The notes below the pieces were generated by a model. The model was not told where the DNA came from, did not search any database, and worked only from the letters and a program-made list of their open reading frames with translations. From Vicugna vicugna (Eukaryota), in NCBI GenBank assembly GCA_013265495.1, contig MU058781.1, positions 8,723,009-8,787,008 on the forward strand: a stretch of 64,000 nucleotides of DNA. The letters run 5' to 3'. The position numbers and the translations under genes are program-made. Shown here in pieces: positions 1-12,920 of the stretch (positions are counted from its first letter, which is position 1; each line of letters starts with the position of its first letter).

Positions 1-767
1 AACGGGAGACGTGATGCCCACGGTTTCCGGTGGGGCATTGCATTGATGCTTTTGCAGACAGGGAGCTCCAGAGAAGAGGCTGGGTGGTGTGACAAAGATG
101 AGTAGCTGCATTTTGAGCCCGTGTTTGGGATGCCTGTGGGATATTTTCGGGAGCCTTTGAAAGTTTGGGTCTGGGTTTCAAGAGAGAAACAGGGAATAGA
201 TGTGCTGTTGTTACAAGACGGTAATAGAAACCAAGGGTATGTTTTTTAATATACTCTATATTCCTTTCAAAAATAAATGTATTTTTCTACTGTGTTGTCT
301 ATATTTGCAGCAAGGCTCATTTTTCATGGAGTTCCTGAAATACAACTCTGGTCACTAAGTAACTCCTGTTCTTTGATGTCACCCTAAGGGGGCTAATTCA
401 CATTCTCTTCTTGACTACATGATAGAATTCTCTTTGACTACGTATGACTTTAATTCTTGGCCACATACTAGAAGTAAATTCAGCAGATCTTTTTTGAAGG
501 CAAAAAAGTACATGCATTTTGGCTCCATCACTGTTGCCTGCAGAAACCACAGTGTTTTTATCAGGGGGAAAGCAAAAAGTTGTTTATAGTGGAAAACATA
601 ACAAAATCTGTGATCTTTTTGCCTGAGGACTCTTTCCAAAACAACTTACTGTAACAGACATCTAAGGTCAGTATTTCCTAATTAAGGCTGTTTAGCTAGA
701 GCTGGAGCTCCCAGTCCAAGCCATCACCCATAGGACCGTTCCTTTCTTAAACAACCCCCCACTGTGC

Positions 768-826
768 CACACGCGCGCGCGCGCACACACACACACACAA
801 ACACACATCCACACACACATACACAT
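768..826. repeat. Compound (CG)6(CA)n microsatellite
   Basis: cacacgcgcgcgcgcgcacacacacacacacacaaacacacatccacacacacatacacatg. Confidence 0.95.
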
Positions 827-2098
827 GTCCCTTCCTTAATATAGTGTGTATTTCAAGTTACTAGTCAGCATCTGGGGACCATGCCTTTTTAGCTTAAAAG
901 AATGTTAGAAAAAGATATTTTACTTCATATCACTAATGATTTTTAACTTTTATTTTTGCCTTTTTCTGAAAACAAATTGAGAAATTCAGCATGCTGAATA
1001 GGGATGTCCCTTCAGTAGCCAATGGCGAGCAGAGAATTTAATGCATTGATATTTTTGTACGTGAGGAACGATTTTTTATATGTAGGCTGTGTGAGATGAA
1101 GCAGCGGCCTGAAGAGGCCACACACTTATCTCTGTTCTTGTCCGCTTTCTTCAGAATGCCTCATTCTAGTGAATACTCAGTAAATATTTGTTTGCTTGAA
1201 CACTCATCAGCAAAATAGAGTTAACAATTGAGGAATAAATAAGTGTAGAAAGGAAGAAAGGAGATACAGACGAGTTACTCTAGTTCTTGAAGAGTAACAG
1301 AAAATTGAGGACTGGCTTGGCTCATCCTTTTTATTTTGTTTTCAGCTGATTTTTCTCTTTCAAGAATGTAACTCTCTGAAGAAAGATAATTTTATTTTTG
1401 AGGTCTTATGAATAGAAATTACTCAGGAATATTCACTATATTTAGTATTCCAATTTTATAATATGAAAAAAATTTAATAGATACAGATATAGAAGCAGCA
1501 AGTCAGTTCAAAGGTACATCTAACTTTATACGTAGGTGTCCCTATAGACTGATAGTCATCCTTCATTTTGTATCTGATTTTTCTACCTTTTGCTCTTTCA
1601 CATTGCTTTTATTTTTTTAATTATGGAAAACTTCAAACAGATAGAAAAGGGAGGGTAGTATATTGAGCCCTCACGTACTCACTGGGCTGCAGTGATTATC
1701 AGCTAACAGGCAATCCGTATATTCCGTCTGTCTCCCACCACTCAGCCCCCCCTTTCCTGCCCCAGCACAACTTGATTATTTTGAAGCAAGTTCTGGACAT
1801 TGTATTATTTAATTGGTAAATTCATCAGTTATCTCTAAAAAAAAAAATCTTGTTCATTCTTTTTCCTTTATGGAAAAAAAAAAAGAGAGAAACCAATCTA
1901 ATACCATTGTTCATTGTTACACCTAAAATAAAATGAGTAGAATTCTTTACTGTCAACAAATACCTATTCAGTCCCAAAACTTTCACAGTTGATGCTCTTG
2001 TTCATTCTTCCTCTCTTTCTCCCCCAACCATCTTTATAGTTGGTTCTTTTGAGTCAGCACCCAAAGGAGATCCACACACTGCTTTGGGTTGATAGACC

Positions 2099-2580
2099 TG
2101 CACCATCATGGCACTGGTTATGTGTCCAAGTTGGCCATCAGACTCACAAGACTCGGCTAATTTTAATCTAATACTGCTTTTATTTCAATTCATAGAAGGA
2201 CCAAGGGCAGGAGACACAGCATCTTCATCCCATCAGGAAGCCTAGCATCCCTGCCCTATGAAATACACCTTCTTTTAGCCCTCACCTGTTTTGTGTGGTT
2301 CAGTTGCTGTGGTCAAGAGGCAAGGTATGTGGATGCCACCTTGACAACAGCGAAGTCTCAGCCTCGATTTCACACTAAATTTTTAAACCATTCTGTTAAG
2401 TAGTAGATCCTGCCCTGCATACCATTTCACTGAATACCAGGGGCAGTTCATACAGCAGATGAAGCAGACATAACATTCTGCATTTATCTTAACTCTGAGG
2501 TTTCCAGGGAAACAAGTATGACAAGAGGGACATTGAAGTCATTCCTAGGAGAGTGTATCTGTTCAGGCCAATGTTATACA
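2099..2580 (-). mobile_element. Probable solo ERV LTR, family unassigned
   Basis: About 480 bp TG...CA-bounded segment that splits the L1MC sequence, with TTTATT (reverse polyA signal) about 80 bp from its left end. Confidence 0.45.
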
Positions 2581-2881
2581 TGGTCTCTTAAGTAGTGTTT
2601 CATCTATTCCTTGTTAGTTTTTTTTTCTCTCTCTCTCTCTCTTTTTTCACTTAAGAAACCATTACATTTATCCTAGCATTTCTCACATTCTGGACTTTGT
2701 TGACTATATCCTCATTGTTATTTAATATGTTTCTTTATCCCCAGTTTCTGCTGTGCACTGGAAATTAGATCCAGAGGCTTGCTCACAGTTTAGATTTGGC
2801 ATGAATACTTTCCAACAGGTGATGTTAATGTCTCGTATCAGGAAGCTCATGTCTAGTTATTTTACTTTTGTTAATCTGTGC

Positions 2882-3231
2882 TGTCTTACTCTGGGCTGCT
2901 ATAACAAGATACCAGTGGATAGTTTGTAAACGAAATGTATTGCTCACAGCTCATGAGGCTAGGAAGTACAAAATTAAGGCGTCGGTGTGGTCACCTTCTG
3001 GTGAGGGCCTTTCTCCTGGCTCAAAGCTGTCACCTTACTGTGTCCTTACGTGGTGGAAGGGGCAAGGGGTCTCTCTGGAGCCTCAAAATGATAAGAGCAC
3101 TAATCCCAGTCACGAGGAATCTACTTTCATGGCCTGTTCACCTTCCAGAGGTCCCACCTACAAATACCATCACTTTTGGGGGTTAGGATTTCAGCGTTCA
3201 AATTTTGATGGAACACATTCAGCCCATAGCA
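2882..3231 (-). mobile_element. MaLR solo LTR, MLT1A-like
   Basis: TG...CA ends (tgtcttactctgggctgctataacaa ... cacattcagcccatagca), ggtgagggcc motif, and 5-bp TSD tgtgc/tgtga. Confidence 0.85.
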
Positions 3232-3331
3232 TGTGAATTATGTATTGTTAACTTCATCCAACGTTTTTAAAGTTTAATCAGCTTTTACTTAACGGTTTTA
3301 AAAAGGGGGGGGGGCTAGATGATTGACTAGA

Positions 3332-3530
3332 TCAGGGGTAGGCGACCGTATTCTGTATGGGCCAGATACATTTTTTAGGCATTGTGGGTCATATAAAATC
3401 CCTATCAAATAATTTTCTTTGTGTATTTTTACATCTCTTTACAAATGTAAAAGCCATTATTAGCTGTCTGGTCATATATAAACAGTATGAGCCAGATTTG
3501 ACCTACTGGCTAGAGTTTGCCGACTTCTGG
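3332..3530 (+). mobile_element. MER58-family (hAT-Charlie) MITE, MER58C-like
   Basis: caggggtaggcgacc...gggccagata...aaatgtaaaagccattattagct...gtttgccgacttctg, with degenerate terminal inverted repeats. Confidence 0.8.
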
Positions 3531-3934
3531 CCTATCCATTATTTTACTAAACATTGCAAAATTGTTAAATTTTAGTGCTCCTAATATTGCTTCTTCATCT
3601 TTTGTTTGGGATTCCTCTGAAAATAACTTTTCCTAATTGTTTACCCTGATGTACAATTCCTATAGAAAAGACAAGATGAATGCCTAATTCTTCCCTCTTT
3701 AGATACTGGTATTAGAAAAATGAGTTGGTTCCCTAGTATTCTCCAAAGGTATCCATTAAGTTTTGGTTTTAACTTTTAACCAAGAAACATTACTCAATTG
3801 AAGATTTTCTTTAAAAAACATTTTTGATGTGTTTCAAACCATTGCATGTTCATGAATGGGGGCTCCTTCAGGTTGTCTCCTGGATCTTTTTGACTTGGTC
3901 TCAGCGGTCTTTCTAGTGTAGCCAGTGAAGAATG

Positions 3935-5760
3935 TAACATGTGTACTCCCACGAGACCATCACCACAATCATGATAATGAGCATTTCTCCCCAAAAGTTT
4001 TCTCATGCTCTTTTAAAATCTGTTTTCCCTTCATCCCTGTCTATGGACAACTGATGGCATTCTGTCACTGTAGATTACTTTGTATTTTCTAGAGTTTTAT
4101 ATAAATAAAAGCATATAGTATGTCCCCTCTTTTTGCTAACTTCTTTCATACAGCCTCCATGGTTAGATTCATTTATATTGTTATGTGTATGACAATTCCT
4201 TTCTTTGTTGCCAACAATATTACAAGGTTTGTTTATCTGTTCACCTCCTGATGCATACCTGAGTTACTTGTTTTCTGATGTCAAATAAAACTGCTTTGAC
4301 CATTATTCTGTGAGTCTTTCCATAGACAGTTGCTTTCATTTCCTCTTGGGAAATATCTAGGAGTTGAAAAGGCTGAACTGAACAATTTTAGAATTTGATG
4401 AAGTCCAGTTTATCGTATTTTAAAATACAACTTGTATTTTTTATTATATTTAAGACATTTGTCCAGTCCAAGGCCACTAACATTTTCTTTTTTTTTCCCC
4501 TAGAAATTCTGTAGTTTTAGGTTTTCCATTTAAGTATAGTATTCATTTTTGGTTAATTTTTGCATGTTGTGTAAGGTAAGAGTTGAGGACCATTCTTCTG
4601 CATATGAGTATACAATAGTTTCAGCACCATTTGCTGGAAATATAATCCTTTCTGCATGTCTTTGAACCTTTGTCAATAATCAGTTGTCAATAAACTTGTG
4701 CTTCTGTTTCTGGACTATCTATTCTGTTCCACTGACCTATATATCGCCTTTGCCACCAATTTTACAGTATTTTGTTTAGTGTTGCTTGAATTCACATAGT
4801 TTGTCTTCCAATTTTATTCTTCTTATGAAAAATCAGTTATACTATGGTAAATTATTTGCATTTCTAGAAATTTTAGAATCACTTTTTCAGTTTTTACCCC
4901 AAAAAAGAACTCTTTTATGATTTTCAGTCAAATTATATTGAATTTATAGATCATTCTGGGGAGAACTGACTTCTTTACAACATTGAATTTTCTAATCCCT
5001 GAGGATAATTTTGCCTTTTAATTAGATCTTCTTTAATGTCAAAGTTGTTTTATAGTTTTAGTTAACAGTTCTTACATATGTTTTGTTAAATTTATTCTTA
5101 AGTATTTCTTTTTGGGAGATGTTATTATAAATGATATTTTTACGTATTTCAATTTGTAAATGTTCATTACTATTTATATAAGTATAATTAATTTTTGTAT
5201 GTATCTTACTACCTTCCTAAATTTACTTATCAGTCTAGTAGTTTTTTTGTAACTGTTAAAAACTTGTAGTATGATGTTAATTGTGGGTTTTATGTGATTG
5301 GGGAAGTTTACTTCTATTCCTAATTTGCTAAGAATTTTAATCACAAAAGGATGTTTGCTTTTGTCAGTTGCTTGTTCTGCATTTATTAAGATGATTATAT
5401 GTATGTTTTTTATTCTTTTTTTAGCCTGTTAATATGTTGAATTAAATTGATTTTTGAATGTTTAACCAACTTTGCTTTACTGGTGTAAATCTCACTTGGT
5501 TATGATGTATTATTATTTTATACATTTTTGGATTCAATTTGCTAAAATTTTGCAAAGAATTTTTAGATCTATTTTATGGGAAATGTTGGTATGTAGTTTT
5601 CTCGAACTCCAACTTTTATATCAGGGAAATGCTGACCTCCATTTTTTTATTTGTATGTTTAGACCACTAACATTTAATGTGGTAATTGGTGTGTTGGATT
5701 TAATTCCCCCATTTTGCTGTTTTGTGTTTATCCCAAGTGTTTTGACTCCTTTTGTCTTCT
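3935..5760 (-). mobile_element. Decayed L1 (L1MB/MC-like) 3' UTR and ORF2 fragments
   Basis: L1 antisense hallmarks: tttgatgaagtccagtttatc, cagcaccatttgctggaaa, tctggactctattctgttccactg, ggggagaactgac. Confidence 0.8.
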
Positions 5761-6740
5761 TCTCCAGCCTTCTTTGGCATGAAAAGTGAATTTTAAAATT
5801 CTTTATTTTGGTCCCGTTTTCTTTGTAGTTGCTCGGCACAGTTTACAGTATTTATATTTACTACAGTTTGCTTCCAAGTTACATCATTTTAGATATAGAT
5901 TAAAACCTTAAAGCAATATACTATTAGATTCTCTTTTCCTTCTTTATTCAGTTGTTGGCCTACATTTTACTTTCTTATATATTACAGACCAATAAATATG
6001 ATTTCCTGTCACTTCATCTTGGCCGGAAAGCAGAAGTCTTTCTGCCAGTGTCTTATTTAACATTTTTTTCTTCAGTGTTCCTTAGAATGGTTGCCATTTT
6101 GGTTTTTGGACTCTTTGTCAAGTTTCTGAATTATTGTCATGTTTATTTAATAAGAAAAGAATTGGATAATTTTCTTGTTTTTCTGTTTTTAGGAATAGTT
6201 TGTATAGCACCTGTATCATCTGATCTCTAAAGACCCAGTGGTGGAAGGAGTACTTTAGATTCTGTGTTTTTGCTCTAATAATTGTTTTTTTGTCTTCTTG
6301 TCTTTTCTGGGATCAGATTTGTGAAATTGTATTTTTCTACAAAGTTATCAATTTTATCCAGATTTTCAAAATCATTAGAGAAGTTTGTGCAAAGTAGTCT
6401 CTTATTTCTAAAATTTTTCTCTATTTTGATGGTGATTTCTTTCTTGCTCTTTCTGATTTTGCATTTTTCCCTTGACGCCTTGCTTCCTGATTAGTTTAGT
6501 GTTTGTACACTTCTTTATAGAGTCATCTTTATTGGCTTTTATTCTGATTTTAAAAGTAAACATGTTTATTGAAAAAAGGTTTAGAAAATTTGGAAGAAGC
6601 ACAAATAATACAATAAAAATCAGCTAGTCTACCACCCAGAGATAGCCTTTGTTAACAGTTTGGTAACATTTTCTATGGTGGTATGCATATAATTGCATGT
6701 TAATTTAACATAATTGAGATCAATTTTCTATGCACATATT

Positions 6741-7085
6741 TGTATCAATCTCTTAGGGCAGTCATAACAAAGTACCACAAACTGGGTGGCTTAAAACAAC
6801 AGAAATTTATTCTCTCATGTTTCCAGAGGCTAGAAATCCAAACTCAAGGTGTTGACGTGGCCATGTGCTTTCCAAATGTAATAACTCTAATCTCTGTTCA
6901 TCTTCACATGGGCTTCTTTCCTCTGTGTTTGTGTCCAGATTTCCCTGTTTTTTAAGGACCATAGTCATTGAATTAGGGCTCATTCTGACTTGATTATATC
7001 TGCAAAGACTGTTTCCAAATAAGAACACCATCACAGGTTTTGGGTGCACATGAATTTTGGGGGTACACTGTTTAACCCAGTATTG
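6741..7085 (-). mobile_element. MaLR solo LTR, MLT1B/C/D-like, internally deleted
   Basis: taacaaagtaccacaaactgggtggcttaaaacaacagaaatttattctctca ... tctgcaaagactgtttccaaataag. Confidence 0.85.
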
Positions 7086-8079
7086 TATTCTGCTGTTATT
7101 TTCCCTTCTATTTATTTCAAGGCCTTCTTTATACTTTTATTTTTGTAAGTGAATTTTAGGGTCTGCTGCTGGGCAACATCAGTGCTGGAGTGTATCTGCT
7201 TTGTGATCTGCTAGCAGCCAACTATGCTTACAGTTTACCCATAAACTCAATTTTCCATCGTTACCTAACAAAGCGTCATCATAGGAAAGAGAGGCAGGGC
7301 TCATTAAATTTCCTCAGAGCTTATATCCTGGTTAATTTTAGAAGATGAGAATGTTCTCTCTTACACTGTTCTTGAAAATCATTAAATATATGAATAGAAT
7401 GAATGTGGTGTTTTTAAACCCAAATTAAGTAGCATAAAAAAGCAAATAAATTTAGTCATGTTGTATCATCAGAAAACTGAAAAAAAAAGAAAAAAAAAGT
7501 GGCTTGAGTACTTCGTTTTGTTTTGTTTTTGGTTTGTTGTTGCTGTTTAGTTTGATTAACAAGCTGTTCCTGGACCTTTCTCATGGTATTTGTCCTGGCC
7601 CTCACATGTCCTCTAACATTCTCGTTACCTTCTGCCTTTCTTTAACAAATGCTGATCAGTCTCCATTGCAATTTTTGTATCTCAAAAGTCAATGGCTATT
7701 CCTAACTGTGATGAACTAATAAGTATTTGTTGTTGTGGTTGTTTAACACGCTGCATCTTAATTAGTGTAGATACAGTATTCTGGAGGATCCAGATCCTCC
7801 GAGGATATTATGTACAATATGCTGTGTCACATTGCATGTTATTTTTGCTTGTTCCTTAAAACTGACTGAAAGGGAAGTCTTACAGCCATTTTCAGTAATA
7901 GAAACTTAGAGATAAAATCGTATCACTAGTCATTAGTAAAATTGGAATGATAATTTAGGCCTTAATTTCCAAACTTTCTCTTGTAGCACTACAGACTTAG
8001 GATTTGTCAGCTTTAAGATAGTGTGAAAGTGATACTGAACAATAGAAACTGTACTTCCAATTTTGCATTTTGATGTTGT

Positions 8080-8464
8080 CCCAGGCTCAGGGAACTGTGC
8101 GCTGTCTTAATGCTGGGCTGCAGCAGCGAGCGGCTCCCAGTCAGCCACGCCATCAGGAGGCTCACCAGCCCGCTCACTTACAGCCATTCTGTATCCAGGC
8201 AGTCATTCTGTTTCCCACTTTCAGTGCAGAATTCCATGCATTACATGAGATAGTCGACACTTCATTATAAAATAGGCTTTCCATTAGATGATTTTGTCCA
8301 GCTGTGGGCTAATGGAAGTGTTCTGAGCGCATTTAAGGTTGGTTAGACTAAGCTATGAGGTTTGGTAGGTTAGGTATATTAAATAAATGCATTTTCGACT
8401 TAACCATATTCTCAACTTACGATGGTTTATCAGGATGTAACCTTGTGAGTTGAGGAAGATCTGT
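8080..8464 (-). mobile_element. MER6-like (TcMar-Tigger) DNA transposon fragment
   Basis: Reverse of the MER6 consensus end: taagctatgaggtttggtaggttagg...tgcattttcgactta...caacttacgatgg...gaggaagatctgTA, ending at a TA. Confidence 0.8.
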
Positions 8465-11194
8465 AGTTCTTTTTATTAATATATGTACATGCAGGCTCTG
8501 GTGTAGAGACAGAATATATGTATAAATATTCTCTCAAGTCTTCTATAAGGCAGCCCACCTTTAAGAGTTGAAGTGGAATTTTGCTTAGTTAGTTTTTTTT
8601 AAGTATTTAAATTCTCAGTCATATACTATCTCCTCATAGTAATTATAGGTTTAAAACAAGTTTTCTATTTCTCAGAAGGTTGGAGAAAGTCATTCTCAAA
8701 CTGCTTTTATTTTATTCTACTGGATTAAATAATATGGAGACCTTTAGGTGTTTCAGAAATCTATCTAAAAAGAATTGTCTAGTTCTTGTTGGAAGGATAA
8801 TAATGATACAAGTTGCCCTCCATCCTCAGTGAACATGCAGATACACCATTCGTCTGATCAGCTTAGTGTGCCCAAGAAAGCACAGATGTGCTACTATTAT
8901 ATTAAGAGTTTTTATGGTTTACATCAACAAGGAATTTTATCATCTGATTTTTGTGAAACAATTGCTTGATGTTAGGGAATGCTTTATGAAAATAACTGCA
9001 GACTGGATGAACAGGAGTGTAGCCTGAAGTTCCCAGCTCTCAAAGAAGCTTCCTTTTCCAAGCCTCACACCCTCTCTCCCCCTCCCCATCAATACTCTAT
9101 ACCAAGTAGTCATTCACATTATGGTTCATACTGTGGTGTCAGCTTTTCCCAAAGGTGCCCCCCCACAAGTGGTGAGTCATTTCTATGATAATGGCTTATT
9201 TCAAAGCTTTCACAATCTCTTGTTTGGTCTTGTGGGGCCAAATGTTAACACTGTCACAATCAAGGGTTAGATGATGGTCTTTGATAATGTGTCTCAAACT
9301 GGAGTTAGCACTATTTCTTCAGTTGAGGAATGTTTCTGGATTGACCCCTCTAAACTGTTCTGTGATAGTAATGTCGTGTCTCATATTTGTACCTCAGTCA
9401 TTACTCACATACTATGGAGCAATAAACTCATTGTTTTAACATTATCAGGTTGTCAGTATTATAAATAGCAATCCATTATCAACCAATTATCTTTTTTGTT
9501 TGAGTGTTTTGTATTTAAGAAAAGTGATAAGTTCTTCTCATTAAAATTGAGCTGATGTTACTTTTCTAACTCCTATAATTGAAATCAATTACTTAAAAAA
9601 ATTGTAAGTCTGTATTATAACCACTGAAAGTAAAATAAAGAAGAACGACTGCATCATTGCGTATTCAGGACTTTCTACTTTATAAGACTTTGTCAGAATC
9701 AAAGACTGTTAGAACAGATGCATTAAAATTATGTAAACATTTAAGAACTCATAGTAAAATTCTTGCAAATGTATTATGCCATGCGAACGTAGTATCTGTA
9801 TTTTAAAAGTGTCCCTGTTGCTGTGAAATCACAGTGAGATGATGTGGTACCCCAGGCAGTAGTGAGAGGGGCTCTGTGTTCATACTCTCGTGACACATCT
9901 TGATTATTGTTTGTGTTTATAATTTAGGTATTACAAAATGTTTTAAAAATCTGTTTATCCTCTACATGGCGTTACCTGGTACAGGAGTCTGTGTTTCTTC
10001 AATTCATGAATGATGCAAGTACTTGGTTGATTTATGCTTTATAAAGTAGAACAATCCTTTGGTTGAACTAGAGTTAATTGTGTTAACAGGTTACTCACTT
10101 GATCTGGTGTAGAAAACAGTTTCTGATAGTGCCATTTTCAAATGGTGTTTTCTGCCTTTTTTGCTTCCATGTAGCTAGCATATATTGTTGCAAAACTTTG
10201 ATTTATGTGTCTGTTGCTTTATTTTCCAATATTTTGTATGCTTAAATGTTTATCTAGAGTATATACTAGTGACTGGTTGGATGAAGATGACAGGCTGCTG
10301 GGCTATGCAAAAAAGCTTCAGGTGGGTTATAAGCAGACATCTCTTTTAATTTGCTAGGCAAAAGAATTATAGTTTTTGAGAACCTGGTAGGTGTGCATTG
10401 TAGGTTTCTTCTGACTTTAAACCTATGTGAATATAATGATTTTGAATTTTTGAAGAAGTGGCAGAATATTAATTGTTGTTGGCAAATGTATTTCTCTTTG
10501 TATTCATTTCTCTTGTATTCCTGATGGTCAAACTGATATGTGAACTTTGCTTCATACCTTTGGTGACAGAAAACACCAACTAAGTGGATATTATCCTAAA
10601 GTGACTAGGTGATCTAAATATTTATCTTGTGCTGTTTTGAAAGCTTTAACCACTAAACAAATGACTCTTTCCTACACTTGAAAAAAAAGTAGAGTGTTAA
10701 GATTTATTTAATGTATATGAATATTTGTCTTTATATTCTGCTTCAAAAATGGATTTTTCTTATAGAAATAAGGTAGCAGTAAATACCATCCCAAAAGTTT
10801 GTAGTTCTCATTTTTGTTGACTGTTTAAGGAGATGCCTCATGGACCTGGCCTGCCCCTAGTCGCCCGGCTTCCTCCACTGGGAGACTCCACAGGGCTGAA
10901 GTCGAGGATGTGGCCTGCCGCGGCGGCCATGGATTCCCTCCCAGGGTTTGCGCTTGCTCTCTCTGTGCTCCCCAGAATTTCCGAAAGTAAGCAGAAGGCC
11001 TTAGGCCTAAAAATGTGTGGACGGCATTGTCACCTCTCACAGCTCCTCATGAGCAAGGATTGCAGTAGTGCTGGCAGAGGAAGGTGGAGGCTTCTGACTC
11101 CAATCACACGTTCTTTTGCTGCCCGTGGTTTCGTTAGCATATTCAGTCTTGTTAGAGTCAAGTTTTTATGCCTGGCAGGCATTCTTTTCTTTAA

Positions 11195-11258
11195 TGATGA
11201 TGGTGGTGGTGGTGGTGGTGGTGGTGGTGGAGGTGGAGGAGATGAGGGAGGAGGAGGA
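11195..11258. repeat. (GAT)/(GGT)n/(GGA)n trinucleotide microsatellite
   Basis: gatgatggtggtggtggtggtggtggtggtggtggaggtggaggagatgagggaggaggagga. Confidence 0.95.
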
Positions 11259-12790
11259 ACCCTTGTGCTTTGTTTGTTGCTGAGACTAAATTGGTGCAGC
11301 CGCTATGGAAAACAGTATGGCGCTCTGGCTCTACGTACTTAGCTGCTCGGAATGTGAACTGCTGCTCCTTTGAAAAGATTTGTTACTGGTCTAAGACAAG
11401 GTTCCTGTGGAAATAGAGAGTAAGTGTTAGAAAGTTTTGTTGCTTTTTCTGGTACTTTAGTTGTAAGTGATGTTACGTTGTGTCTCACCCTGTGCTTTTC
11501 TGACAGCTCTTTTAGGGTATGGCTTGATTCTTCTTTTTAAGTGTATGACTTGATTCTTCTTGGCAATACTTGTGACATGAAAGCATATTCCTTAGTGACA
11601 GGCTGTATTTACTGAAAATACTGTAAAAACTGTTGCTGACTGTACAAGTCGAAATAATTTTTAAATGGTCCCAGTTCATAGGTACCAACCTAAGTTGAGT
11701 ATTAGTTATGACTTAATGAAAGTGTTACCAAATTCCAAATAAGGGCAGGCTACCTACACAGGCCCCCAGACCTCCTGCAGTCTATTTTTGTGGTATATAT
11801 TTTTATAAATTTTTATCTCCTCTCCATTCTGATTTTTAAATAAATTCTGGGAGATGACTCCATTACATCACACTGCATTTCAGAGGAACTACTTTCTTAA
11901 CTCCTTTCTTTTTATTCCCGGATAGGACCTGAATTTGGTCCTGGAAGAGGTGTTCTTGCTACATGTAATTATTTAATGTCCTCTTCAAACAAGATCTACG
12001 TGTAAGTAGATGGAGCCGCCTTCAGTCTGCAGCCTTTCTCCTTTGAGATGGAAACTGGAGATCTGAGTAAGAATTTCTCCAAGTGTAAGCCAGTCCCCCA
12101 TCCCGGTGGACTCAGCCTAGTTGGCTTGAGGAGAGAGTGGTTGTCCTCACTGAGCCCATGTGAATGCAGGGAGGAGGGGAAACTGCTGAATGAGTAGTCA
12201 GTGTGACAAAAAGCTGTTACTTTTTTCCTCCCTAAATATAGTTGTTTCCTATTGTAAGATATTTTATCCTCTGACTTAGAAAATTTCCTTTTTGTCTTTC
12301 TTTTGCTGCTTTTGTGAAACTTGCTGTTTTCAAGTGTTTTGATTTTGGAGAGGGAGGAGTTATAAGTGGAATTGTGTATTTCAGAGAAGGTCAGGTTTAG
12401 CAGTCATCACTCGTCACATGCCTGTCTCCCTTTTTTATTTTTAAACGGCACAGGAGTGTCTGACTCGCACGTGGTGTTTCTTGCTTGGCTGACTGGTGCC
12501 AGACTCCATGTCTTTTGTTTTTGAGAGATAAACGTCTGGTGGTTTTTGTTTTTCTGTGAGACACATGTGAGTCATACTTATCATGAGCTATGTCCTTCCT
12601 CCAAACCTCTAATTATTTTGGATGACTTACCTATATACACCTCAGCATCTGGAAGCTAATATGTTAAAAAATTTCAACTGTGTGTCTGTTTATAAAAGTT
12701 TGGTGAGTCATCTGTGCTTATGATAGAGTTATATCTTGGTTGAGTAAACTCCCAGTTCTGTTGGTGCTAACGTTGTTTTTGTACTTGCAT

Positions 12791-12920
12791 GTATGTGTGT
12801 ATTTGTGTCGGGGGAAGGGGACCAGGTTTATTTATTTATTAATGGAGGTCCTGGGAATTGAACCCAGGACCTTGTGGATGCGAGGCAGGCGCTCTACCAC
12901 TGAGCTGTACCCCACTCCCC
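12791..12920 (-). mobile_element. tRNA-Ala-derived SINE (camelid Vic-1-like)
   Basis: Minus strand reads ggggtacagctcagtggtagagcgcctgcctcgcatccacaaggtcctgggttcaattcccaggacctccattaataaataaataaacc: A and B boxes, a tRNA-Ala-like head and an AT tail. Possible TSD tacttgcat/tacttgtat. Confidence 0.85.

Larger units (their letters stand above)
1605..3930 (-). mobile_element. Old L1 (L1MC-like) 3' region, interrupted by later insertions
   Basis: ttatggaaaacttcaaacagatagaaaag and gattattttgaagcaagttctggacattgtattattt resemble L1MC 3' UTR. The sequence resumes after the inserts at about 2583, 3232 and 3535. Confidence 0.6.

Noticed and set aside
10851..10866. CTCF site (reverse GCGACTAGGGGCAGG)
   Set aside because: It needs a gap in the core G-run to fit the consensus.
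12843..12914. Functional tRNA-Ala gene on the minus strand
   Set aside because: The anticodon arm and stems are mutated, it is followed by a SINE AT tail rather than a poly-T terminator, and a TSD is probable.
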